This document shows positions 52,641-64,000 of a stretch of DNA of 64,000 bases, in pieces. Numbering within the stretch: position 1 is the first letter of the stretch; every line of letters starts with the position of its first letter. Where the stretch lies: NCBI GenBank assembly GCA_951406725.2, contig OX597831.1:71238001-71302000 (forward strand), given 5' to 3'. Below the pieces are notes generated by a model. It saw only the letters and a program-made list of their open reading frames with translations. It was not told the origin of the DNA and searched no databases. This DNA is from Octopus vulgaris. Lineage: Eukaryota. A program made the translations under genes and the position numbers.

Positions 52641-53387
52641 CAAACAAGCAGACAAACAGATGGATGGACATAACTCACTCTCACACACACACACAAAAAT
52701 ATATATATATATATATATATATATAAGATGTTTGTCATTTATAAACTCAATGTATAATTACTCTGGTGGTCTCACAAATAATTACTTACTCAACTCATAA
52801 TCATTAATTAAACACTCTTCTAATTTCATTATTCTTCTCCACATCCATTAAGAACATACACACACACACACAAGCCTGAACACACACTTTTACCATTGTA
52901 TTTTCGAAAGTTTCTTCGTATTGTTTGTGCACAGAAATTCTGTTATTCAGAGGTTGGTGACCTCATCTATCAGATCTCCTCTCTGTTGAAGAAAGGTCAT
53001 TATTCTAGTCTTGTAATTTGATGAAAATTCCCTCGGGCCAAGGAAGGTGCCCAGTTTGTGAATAGTTTAATGCGAAATAAGCTGTTGCACTTGTGCACAC
53101 ATATTTCCACACATACACACCAAACACTGTAAACACATATGCATGCACACAAGCACATTCACACACACACACGCATGCACACTCACATGCACGCACACAC
53201 ATGTTTGCAATGGATTTGAAATTATAACTTCTCAGCAATACCTTGCTCACCAGGATGGATTTCTAAATATACCTCTGTATTATAGAAATGTCATTAGTCT
53301 AGACTCTCAATTGCTCCATTGCTTTAGAGAATACATACTTTCAGTGAGTTTTTCAGACTTTTATTGAAAGCTAGACATACATTCCTA

Positions 53388-53790
53388 CTGGCTGTGTGAT
53401 AAGTAGCTTGCTTATGAACCACATGGTTCTGGGTTCAGTCCCACTGCATGGCACCTTGGGCAAGTGTCTTCTACTATAGCCTCGGGTCGACCAAAGCCTT
53501 GTGAGTGGATTTGGTAGACGGAAACTGAAAGAAGCCTGTCGTATATATGTAAATATATATATATATGTGTATGTGTGTGTGTATACGCTTGCGTGTCTGT
53601 GTTTGTCCCCCCAACATCGCTTGACAACCGATGCTGGTGTGTTTACGTCCCTGTAACTTAGCGGTTCGGCAAAAGAGACTGATAGAATAAGTACTAGGCT
53701 TACAAAGAATAAGTCCTGGGGTCGACTTGCTCGACTAAAGGTGGTGCTCCAGCATAGCCACAGTGAAATGACTGAAACAAGTAAAAGAGT
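53388..53790 (+). mobile_element. SINE-A, full length
   Basis: Matches the family consensus. Confidence 0.92.
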
Positions 53791-54239
53791 CCCTTCCACT
53801 TATGTTGATCAATTAATCACTTGACATTACTTGAAAAATGCATATAACTTTTAATCTTATTTTCACATGTTTTCTGACTTGATGGCCTGATAAATCCTTG
53901 TTGACAACCTTTGAGGGTAGATATGGTGTATGACTGTGTCCTTAGAGATTGTTGAGTTATCTAGAATATTTGAGTTACCTAGGAAATGTCTATTGAAATA
54001 CCTACTCATGCCAAATGTAATATAAGGGTGGGAGAGAGACTGGTTAGTAAGTGGTAAGCCTTATATGTATGTATTTAATTCATTGACTTAGTGGAGGAAT
54101 GGTACCTCCCATGGCCCATTTTAGGGTCTCTGTGTCTAGGGAAGGAAGTTATCTCTAAACTGGAAACCTGGCACAAACGCTTGCAACAGAGTGGATTCTG
54201 TAAAGGTAGCTAAAGGAGCATATATGTGTGTTCTTGCGC

Positions 54240-54276
<37 letters not shown>

Positions 54277-54987
54277 CAGGTAGAATATTTGGGCCAGATA
54301 TGGTCAGTTTAAATGCTGAAAGGTAAAATGTGTACTTGAGATATTGATTAGCATACATTGATATTATGTGAATGAGGATTAATAATGGTTTTGATCAGTG
54401 ATTGTCGGGGACATAATTTAGAATCAATAGAACATTTATAATATAGAGTATTGATGATATTCGTCACTCTATGAGGGGTAGAAAATATTGGGTGCAGATA
54501 ACAGAAATATTGATCAGTGCATGGGGACAGAATAAATTGCAATTTATAAATCTCTGTAGACATGGACAGTTTTTATGGACATACCGTGAGAGAATATGAC
54601 TGCTGTTGGGGTGTTGTTGGGGACCAACATGGACAATGGGGGTGTTACATAAGTTATAATCTTGTGAGTTTGTTTTGGTTAAAACAAAGAAGAGAGGTTA
54701 GACCTCAGATTGTTACATTACATGAATCAAAGTGAGTTAGGATGCTGGTGGTTATGTATCAAAACTGTTCTGAAGAACTGTCTAACAATCTTGTAGCATC
54801 TGAAATCAGAAGTACTGAATTGGACCGGCTGATTCTGTTTGAGGTAACTGCCATCTTTTCACAACTTTCTTGAAATCTTTAACAAGTAAACCACACGAGA
54901 GAGTGAAGAGGCTACAGAACTTGTTTAAATCTGGAGTCGAATCTCTTTTAACCGTCTCTAGTTCTGTTCAACATTATAGAGAACATA

Positions 54988-55407
54988 TACTCTTTTACTT
55001 GTTTCAGTCATTTGACTGTGGCCATGCTGGAGCACCGCCTTTAGTCGAGCAAATCAACCCCGGGACTTATTCTTTGTAAGCCCAGTACTTATTCTATCGG
55101 TCTCTTTTTGCTGAACCGCTAAGTGACGGGGACGTAAACACACCAGCATCGGTTGTCAAGCAATGCTAGGGGGACAAACACAGACATACAAACACATACA
55201 CACACACAAACATATATATATATATATATATATACATATATACGACAGGCTTCTTTCAGTTTCCGTCTACCAAATCCACTCACACGGCATTGGTCAGCCC
55301 GCGGGGCTATAGCAGAAGACACTTGCCCAAGATGCCACGCAGTGGGACTGAACCTGGAACCATGTGGTTGGTTAGCAAGCTACTTACCACACAGCCACTC
55401 CTGCGCA
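54988..55407 (-). mobile_element. SINE-A, full length
   Basis: Reverse complement of the family consensus. Confidence 0.93.
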
Positions 55408-56190
55408 TATAAGTCTGTGTAACATCCAAATATCCCTTACAGTCTTATTACATGCTCCACAATGGTGAGGGGATGGGGATGGTTGAAGACCTAGCATACA
55501 ATGAAGTTCAATACAAGCAAAAAAAAAGAAAATCAGAGACATTATATGTTTACATTTTATTGGCTGCCTGTGTTTCAATAGTTCTGTTCAAACAAAGTTG
55601 ACCAGGACAAAACAAGAACAGAAATAGTTATGATTAAGCCATTGATGGACATAATGATGATCGCAATGGTGATTACTCTATAAAATATTATGAGTTATTC
55701 ACACATGATTAACCTATGAACAACAGTAGTAATACTCTAAGTGAATTCTTTATTTGTAGTTTTGACTGATTTATTTCTACTTTTAATGGATGAATGACTT
55801 GGAAAAAAGTAAGAATTAATTAGAGGTTAGAAACTTGATGTATGTTAAACATAGATTTTGGTGAGATAAGGCTAAATTTATGTATTTTTAACATAACCAC
55901 CACGATTTTGTTGCCATGTACTTTTGAAACTGAGATATCTCTCATTCCAATCCATTTGAATTACTAAGTCCACCTTAGCCATCATTACTGTAGCCTCTAC
56001 TCCTGTTACTTTCAGTCATATACGAACAAACTGGGTTACAAAGTGTATGCATTATGCTGTATCTGCTACATTGCAACCGTCCATTTCATTAACCAGTGAG
56101 CTGAAGGATGCCATAAAATCCAAACCATACTGAAGAGGAATGCAAGGCTCGCATACTAATTCTAAGGTTTTCTTCCTTAGCTTCATATTT

Positions 56191-56398
56191 CAGGCATCTC
56201 CTGCATTACAGAAGCATTGTACTCCTGAAAATCTTTCTATAAATTCCATTATGAAAAACTTATTTTACCATCAACTTCCTGTTGTATGGAAGCAATTGAA
56301 CATGGAATGAATGGAAAAATGCATCTTGTGTCATAGAATTCCATGTTATGGCAAGATTTTCTGGAGTGCAATGCTTCTGTAATGAGGGGAAATGTCTG
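56191..56398. repeat. ~55-bp imperfect inverted repeat with ~90-bp spacer
   Basis: cattacagaagcattgtactcctgaaaatctt vs aagattttctggagtgcaatgcttctgtaatg. Confidence 0.85.
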
Positions 56399-56889
56399 TA
56401 TTTAGATAATTCTGCTTCACAATACTCAGCAATGCAAAATAACAAAATAGAATAATGGTTGTGTGGTTATAAAATTTATTTTGCCGTGATGTGGTTCAAG
56501 GTTTGATTTCACTTCATGACATAGTTTCAGATGGCTGAAGCAGTATTTGCTCAGCAGAAACCATGCAAAACCTGTAACATTTATATGATGTGTGTGAAGC
56601 ATATCTTTTGCCATTGTACATTGATGAGAGATGTACACATCAATGAGAATACTGGGCAGTGGAGACAGAGCTTTCGAATAAAAAATGGTCCCCTTATTTG
56701 TTTGGCACCGAGTTACACAAACAAATTCCTTGCCCATGGTCAGAAATGCAGTGAATCAGTGACTGCCTCGTTAGAGACCTGTAAGTGACAAAGCTCTTCT
56801 TCACAGTATGATAGTATGAAGGTCAGATGATTGACAGTGGTGGCAGTAAGACGGATGGTTGGATGGATAGACAGATGGGTGAACTGAAG

Positions 56890-57028
56890 GATGGTTGTGT
56901 GGTTAAGAGATTTGTTCCCCAACCATGTGGTTTTGGATTCAATTCCACGGCATTGTACTTTGGGCAAATGTCTTCTGCTATGGCCTCAGATGTAAACTGA
57001 GAGAAGCCAGTCATATATATACACACAC

Positions 57029-57115
<87 letters not shown>

Positions 57116-57393
57116 TATATACAGGTATATATATATATATATCTGTTTGTGTTTGTGTGTGTGTCTTCTTTTCTTGACTTCACATGATAGTTGTAGATTA
57201 GTGTCACATTCACACAAGTGGCATTGTTTATTTCCAATCTGCCATGAAAACATGTCCAGCCATGGGAAAATATTAGCTTGCTTGGAGACAGATGAGGGTT
57301 GGTGACAGGAAGGGCACCTAGTCATAGAAAATTCACCTCAACAAATAACATCTGACACATGCAAGCATAGAAAAGTAGATGTTAAAACAATGA
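56890..57393 (+). mobile_element. Old chimeric SINE: A-type head, microsatellite, distinct body, D-type tail
   Basis: ggttgtgtggttaaga...ttgggcaaatgtcttctgctat head, and ggttggtgacaggaagggcacc...gcaagcatagaaaag..gttaaaac tail. Confidence 0.65.
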
Positions 57394-57553
57394 TATGGTA
57401 ATATGTATATATGATGCCACTATAAATCCACCCAGGTAGAATATTCTGTGAACTGATTAGTGAATAAGCAGAGGTGTGGGGTTCTAGAGAACATGGCAAC
57501 ATCTCTAGTGCTAATGTTATGGAAAAATGCGGCCAAGTACATTCTGTAATATG

Positions 57554-57770
57554 TATTTCACTACTGCCCACAAGGGGCTAAACACAGAGGGGACAAACGG
57601 ATTATGTCGATTACATCGACCCCAGGGCGTAACTGGTACTTAATTTATCGACCTCGAAAGGATGAAAGGCAAAGTCGACCTCGGCGGAATTTGAACTCAG
57701 AACGTAACGGCAGACGAAATACGGCTACGCATTTTGCCCGCCGTGCTAACGAGTCTGCCAGCTCACCACC
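57554..57770 (-). mobile_element. SINE-C with 12-bp TSD
   Basis: TSD ttctgtaatatg at 57542-57553 and 57771-57782. Confidence 0.92.
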
Positions 57771-59117
57771 TTCTGTAATATGGTTGATATTAGGAAGAGC
57801 ATCCAGCCATAGAAACCAAGCCAAAAAGGAAGTATACGAGGTCGATGGGGTTCCTCTGACCCATCTAGAGAACCAAATAAAAACTGATTCAAACCTGTCC
57901 AACACATCCATCACCTAGCATGAAAAGTATATGTAAAACAACGATGATGAATGTTAATAATATGCAAATGCACACACACATACGCACACACACACATACG
58001 CACACACACACATGCACATGCACACACATGCACACATTCATACAAAATTGTATATGACTTGTTAGATTTCATAGTATTTTATTTTTCTGGTGTTATCTTC
58101 TATGTGTATCTGTTGGTATTCCACTGCTCATTAAGTTGTTAAAATGCTAATCTACTGGCCAAAAATATTACCATGATTCAAATACTGGCACCGCACTGTA
58201 TCTATAGCAAAAACATTGGTTTCATTTGCTCAAATTTACACAAGTTTAAAATGGAAATATCTGGAGTTACAGCAACAGGTATTGCTGCTCTCAAAAATCC
58301 TACACAATCTATTGTGGAGAAAGTGGATTTATTGGCTCTCAGATTAACATGCCAAAAACACTTCCTTTTACAGTGTTTTCCAAGACAGTTTTGGGCCAAA
58401 AAGTGAAATGAAAATCAATATGGAAATAAAATATGCAGTATTTTTAATGTTTCAATACTTCAAATGATCTGCACATCTTTTCCATGTTAATGGATTCATT
58501 TTATCTCTGTAGAATTTTGATTTTCAATTGTTTCTTACAGTTCCCCAAAAATGCTACCAAAAGTTTGGAATTGCAGAATATATTCATTGTTAAATATTAT
58601 GATTTATTTGCAGAAGTTACCATTAAGGGATGCTATGTGAGGAGTTGTGAAATCTTGGCTTGATCTTGGCATGTGTGTGTGTGTGTAAACAGAATTACTC
58701 ACACGCGTAAGGAAAATGACATGAAGAGCGTTTGTTCTCTTTGTAGAATCCTTTCTGCGTTCGTTCAATCTTATTTGACAAAGTTCCTTGATTTCACATT
58801 TCAACTGATTTTATGTTAAGTTGACTACAGTTCTGGTCATTTTGGAGATTTTTGTTTTTATAGAAAATTTATAGGAAAGTAAGAAGCTACTTTTGGCTGT
58901 TGCCAGCTTTAAGTTCTTACATATTTCGTTTATTCTCCACAAATGTATGTTGGTATTATATTGCATTGGCCATCACAAAGGAATGAGGAAATATTAGAGC
59001 ATTGTCAAAAGGGATTTGTCAGTCTTGGACATTTTCATGCATGTTTTTCAAAATATACCTTTTTTTTTTTGTTCACATAAAAAAGGTAATTCTTGATGCC
59101 TCCTAAACCATGAATAA

Positions 59118-59562
59118 TCATCATCATCATCATCGTTTAACGTCCGCTTTCCATGCTAGCATGGGTTGGACGGTTCAACTGGGGTCTGAGAAGCCAGAAG
59201 GCTGCACCAGGCCCAGTCTGATCTGGCAGTGTTTCTACAGCTGGATGCCCTTCCTAACGCCAACCACTCCGTGAGTGTAGTGGGTGCTTTTTACGTGCCA
59301 CCGGCACAGGTGCCAGACGAGGCTGGCAAACGGCCACGATCGGATGGTGCTTTTTACGTGCCACCGGCACAGGTGCCAGATGAGGCTGGCAAACGGCCAC
59401 GATCGGATGGTGCTTTTTACGTGCCACCGGCACAGGTGCCAGACGAGGCTGGCAAACGGCCACGATCGGATGGTGCTTTTTACGTGCCACCGGCACAGGG
59501 ACCAGACAAAGCTGGCAACGGCCACGGTCGGATGGTGCTTTTTACGTGTCACCGGCATGGAC
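59118..59562 (-). mobile_element. Family D element with four ~63-bp units
   Basis: (CAT)n tail; reverse complement of the 22171 copy's 3' part. Confidence 0.9.
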
Positions 59563-59569
59563 GTGCCAA

Positions 59570-59790
59570 ATTCATTTGTCTATTGGCCACAAGGGCTAAC
59601 AAAAATCAATTAAAACATAAAGGGACAAAACACAGGACGAAAGTTACAAAGGGTTTTGTCCGTTTGAAAAAGGTCCGTGTACAAAAAGCAGGATAACAAC
59701 GAAATGTAAGTAACAATTAAAACTTCCAATAGGGGGAGGCGCTCCGAAAGGTTACTCGTGGAAAAACCCATAAAAGCCACGGGAGCCTGA
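59570..59790 (-). mobile_element. Probable LINE 3' UTR whose terminus resembles the SINE-C tail
   Basis: Minus strand ends ...tttgtccctttatgt...ttagcccttgtggccaatagacaaat, similar to SINE-C ...tttgtcccctctgtgtttagccccttgtgggtaataaagaaat. Confidence 0.55.
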
Positions 59791-60016
59791 TTAATAATAA
59801 TTTCTGACATAGACACTAGGCTACATATCTTGGAAAAGAGTATAACCGATAGCATTGATCCTTGATACTTCACTGGTACCTATTTTATCTTTGAAGGATG
59901 AAAGATGACCATTGACTTCAACTAAGTAGATACGAGGGTCAGAAAGTAAAAAAAAAAAATCATAAGTGAATATCACAAAACTTCATTTTGTCAGCAGTGC
60001 TCTTTTGGTGTAATGT

Positions 60017-60236
60017 CTCTTTTACTCTTTTACTCTCTTTTACTTGTTTCAGTCATTTGACTGCGGCCATGCTGGAGCACCGCCTTTAGTCGAGCAACTC
60101 GACCCTGGGACTTATTCTTTTTGTAAGCCCAGTACTTATTCTATCGGTCTCTTTTTGCCGAACTGCTAAGTGATGGGGATCATAAACACACCAGCATCGG
60201 TTGTCAAGCAATGCTAGGGTGACAAACACAGACACA

Positions 60237-60302
<66 letters not shown>

Positions 60303-60466
60303 TACGACAGGCTTCTTTCAGTTTCCAGCTACAAAATCCACTCACAAGGCATTGGTCGGCTCGGGGCTATAGCAGAAGACACTTGCCCAAGATGCCACGC
60401 AGTGGGACTGAACCCGGAACCATGTGGTTGGTTAGCAAGCTACTTACCACACAGCCACTCCTGCGC
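60017..60466 (-). mobile_element. SINE-A, full length
   Basis: Reverse complement of the family consensus. Confidence 0.93.
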
Positions 60467-60664
60467 CACTCCTCCTGTCTGTGTAATTTCCTTAGATAAG
60501 TCACATGTAAAACTAAATGAATTTAGCTTCATGTTGTAGTCACGTTCTAGTATCCATTGTGTATTTTTGGGAGCTAAAGGATCAGATGAACACTTTTGTT
60601 TCGTTATGTTGGAGATCTATTTGCGTCATTTGTATAATTTGTGAAGTCTTTATGTAAAGCTGTT

Positions 60665-60900
60665 CATCATCATTTTGACATGTGTTTTCCATGCTGGCAT
60701 GGGTTGGATGGTTTGACAGGAACTGGTCAGCTGTAGAACTGCCCAGGTATCACATCTATGTTGGCATGGTTTTTTTATGTCTGGAAGCCCTTTATAACAC
60801 CAACCACTTTACATAGTGTACTGGGTGTCTTTTATGCTGCTCCAGTATGGGTGCTTTTATGTGGAGCTGGCACAGGTACTTTTTACATGGCACCAGCATC
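60665..60900 (-). mobile_element. Diverged family D copy
   Basis: (CAT)n, ttccatgctggcatgggttggatgg and decayed short units. Confidence 0.7.
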
Positions 60901-60955
60901 CATGTGCCTGCAAGTTTCAGAATGATCCACTGAAGAAGGATGCAGGGAACATACC

Positions 60956-61185
60956 TATTTCTTTATTACTCACAAGGGGCTAATCAGAGGGGACAAACAA
61001 GGACAGACATAGGTATTAAGTCGATTACATCGACCTCAGTGCGTAACTGGTACTTAATTTATCAACCCCGAAAGGATGAAAGGCAAAGTCGACCTCGGCG
61101 GAATTTGAACTCACAACGTAATGCAGACGAAATACTGCTAAGCATTTCACCTGGCGTGCTAACGTTTCTGCCAGCTCGCCGCCTT
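60956..61185 (-). mobile_element. SINE-C, full length
   Basis: Flanked by aggga(a)catacct. Confidence 0.92.
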
Positions 61186-62169
61186 AGGGACATACCTGTA
61201 TATAAGGACATGATCTACAAAACAGAGATTTGTATAGTGATTTTGTTTGCTATAGATTTCATCAGAAACGTTAATGACCAACACAGTACTCAGTATAGTT
61301 GTTGTAAACCTAGTGAAAGGTTTTCAATATTCTTCACTAAATATCATGACAACGAATGGCTCACAGTTTCGTTCACATTGTTTTGATGTCTGTTATGTTG
61401 TCTTTTGTGTGCTGTCTGAATAAAATTGAAAACATTCTATGCTTTTGTGTATATTAATTTTTCTTTATTCTCATAAATATCAAAATTGGTAGAAATAGCA
61501 AAAGTCTAAAATTGTCATTTATAATTGCCATTTTAATAAATAAAGTTGCAAAGACATAATGCAATACAACATTCTACTTTTAGAAACTTACTTGCTTCTT
61601 GCAGAAGTAAAATAATCATGAATTAAACATACGTTTTTAATCCCATAAAGACAGAAATCATGACAGAACTCTCGCTTGTCTACTTATTCTTACTCTCTTC
61701 TTTCTGTTTTTCTTAATAATATTGTAATGATCTATAACTGACACAGATGTGTTTATATCCCTCATGTAGAAGAGACAAGTAAATTCAATTCTCGACATTT
61801 AATCTTTTACAAAGTGTATGTAGAAAATCAAGAGGTTCCAGATGTGTCATGAGACCCATGTTTGGGATTATATGCTCAAACTTCAGTGCAGCTAATATCA
61901 CATTTTACCCTACAAAATTTGATCACGCAAATTGTCCTATGATCAAATAAATACATCAACCATTCTCTATTTGTTTCTTTTTTAAACCAGAGCAGTAACT
62001 ACTTCAGGATTGTCTCTCATTCATGGTCGAGTGTAGTGTCAGATTTAGGCAGAAGCTAAACAAACTATAGCTTAGGGCCTTCAAAGAAGCAAGGGGCTTC
62101 GAAATAATAAAAAGGTTCACATATGTTTTCATTTTTGTGAGATAATCTGGTATAGTTTTTTTAACAAGG

Positions 62170-62522
62170 ACCCCCAACAAGATGTGTTTTTCCCAACTAC
62201 ATGGTTTCAGATTCAGTGTGCCTTGGGCAAGTGTGTTCAACTGTAGCTCTGGACCAACCAAAGCTTTGTAAGTGGACTTGGTAGATGAAAACTAAAAGAA
62301 GCTCATTGTCTATATAAATGTGTGTATGTGTGTGTGTGTGCATAGAGTGTTTGTGTCTGTCCTTCTACTGCTTGGCAACCAATGTTGGTCTGCTTAAATC
62401 CCCATAATTTAGCAGTTTGGCAAAAGAAATAGTACAAGACTTTAAAAAATAAGTACTGGGGCAATTTGTTCACCTAAAATCCTTCAAGGTAGTGCCCCAG
62501 CATGGCCACTGTGCATTGACCA
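62170..62522 (+). mobile_element. Old diverged SINE-A
   Basis: ccttgggcaagtgt...gaccaaccaaagctttg...aagtactgggg...ccccagcatggcc. Confidence 0.75.
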
Positions 62523-62744
62523 AAAATGTTTTATATAGCTTATGACTCCACCAGGTCTAACTCCAGCACTGGTTTGAGTGGATATTGTTTTGCAAGATGA
62601 TGATAATATTGGAGTGGATTGCAAAATAAAAGACTTTATGCTGAAGAAATTGGTGATGGTCTGCTTTCTTAAAAGTCAGACAAATAAAATACTGAAAATG
62701 GAATATTTTTCTGTTTAGAGAAGAAGAGCGTTTTGGGCTGGTTG

Positions 62745-62999
62745 TTACTCCCTCTCTGAGGAAAAATTCTCTTCTCTGGCAGAGAGTCTTCCCCAGAATG
62801 TGTGAAGCTTTCTGTCTTCTGAATATGTAAACCTATTTCCATTTTGTGGACTTAATTGTCTGGAGGGTTTGCCTGAATTTCCTTGTAAAAGGGAGAAATT
62901 CTTTTTACTACTATTACTGTGAGAGCTGCTGCTGCTACCACCACCACCAGCACTAGTAGTAGTACTAGTAGTAGTTATTCCCTCTCTTCATCTTCAGCG
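62745..62999 (-). other. Candidate exon of a minus-strand host transcript
   Basis: Pyrimidine-rich acceptor ending ctccaCAG at 63002-63000; an ~80-codon stop-free frame (TTTSTTTSAGGGGSSSS...) that is not continuous with the acceptor. Confidence 0.3.
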
Positions 63000-63103
63000 C
63001 TGTGGAGAAATTATAAGAAACAACCAAGCAAAACAAGAACATAACAATTTATAAGGTTCATGCAGTGAAACAGAGAGATAAATTGAATAGGTTATATATA
63101 TAT

Positions 63104-63268
63104 ACTCTTTACTCTTTTACTTGTTTCAGTCATTTGACTGCGGCCATGCTGGAGCACCACCTTTAGTTGAGCAAATCGACCCCGGGACTTATTCTTTGTA
63201 AGTCCAGTACTTATTCTATCGGTCTCTTTTGGTTAGCTAGCTACTTACCACACAGCCACTCCTGCGCC
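63104..63268 (-). mobile_element. Internally deleted SINE-A
   Basis: 3' body joined directly to the tRNA head at ggtctctt-ttg-gttag (3-nt microhomology). Confidence 0.88.
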
Positions 63269-64000
63269 TATGCAGACAATTCTTATGAATGGTGTGCTAG
63301 TGCTGGTGTAAACAGTCATTTGTATTTTTCCTCCTCTGTGGCTTTTGGTCGTTTGGTATCTTCTTGATGTAATTACTCACTGCACTAATTCTTAAATGCT
63401 TCCATCAACCAGATTTTTGATATTTGTTTTACCAAGTTCTTGGACTTGGCTACTTCATAAAATTTCTTTGTGGAGACAGTATTATCTGAAGAAAATAGCA
63501 CTCTTTTGTTCTTAATCTCAGGTAGCCCCAACTGGGCAGACTCATGATCAAAGATATTCTAGCTATGACTGTTCTCTCTATTGTCAAGCATAGTGTGTCA
63601 ATGACTGTATTATCCAATGCATTCTTCACTTTTCAAGACAGCATGGTATGATTTGAAGGAAGGTGGGTGTTTGTTTGCTAATTCCATTAGGTGAATAGCC
63701 AGCCACAAAGAGGCTTCATTATTCTGTTAGTACACAAATCCTATCCGTATATTCATACTATTATATCTAACAAATTCTTGTCTAGTCTGTGTGATTGGAG
63801 AAATCCTCAAACTGTTGACTAGGTGGATCATGAAATGATGCTTTTGTTGTGCATTATAATTTATATGATTTCTAAGGTTGGACACCTTTTCTAACACCAA
63901 CTACATTACTGAGTGGATAAAGTGTATTTTCCTTTAACACCTGCACTAGTGAGATTTCCTTGTACTCCACAAAGCAAAGGAATCTTCACTAATCTATGTT

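Overview
AT-rich, repeat-dominated eukaryotic DNA. The SINE repertoire, the very long (TA)n/(TG)n/(TAA)n tracts and the abundant Penelope-like debris point to a cephalopod, most likely Octopus (inference, no search run). I cannot support an intact host protein-coding gene; most ORF-track entries are microsatellite or SINE translations. The window holds many copies of four SINE-like families (my labels A-D), a (TAA)n-targeting family E, an R4/Dong-clade LINE 3' fragment, RTE fragments, several Penelope-like (RT/GIY-YIG) relics with hammerhead-ribozyme motifs, mariner/Tc1/maT/pogo relics, two non-autonomous Helitrons, a piggyBac-type MITE and a solo LTR. Most notable: (1) a near-perfect palindrome at ~24.95 kb made of two inverted hammerhead ribozyme copies, one apparently intact; (2) repeated cases of nearby sequence copied in inverted orientation into older elements; (3) a SINE-like family carrying ~60-nt triple-hairpin repeats with constant stems and variable loops; (4) a cluster of TAA-targeting retroelements; (5) candidate minus-strand spliced exons next to a solo LTR. 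Boundaries and alignments were made by eye.
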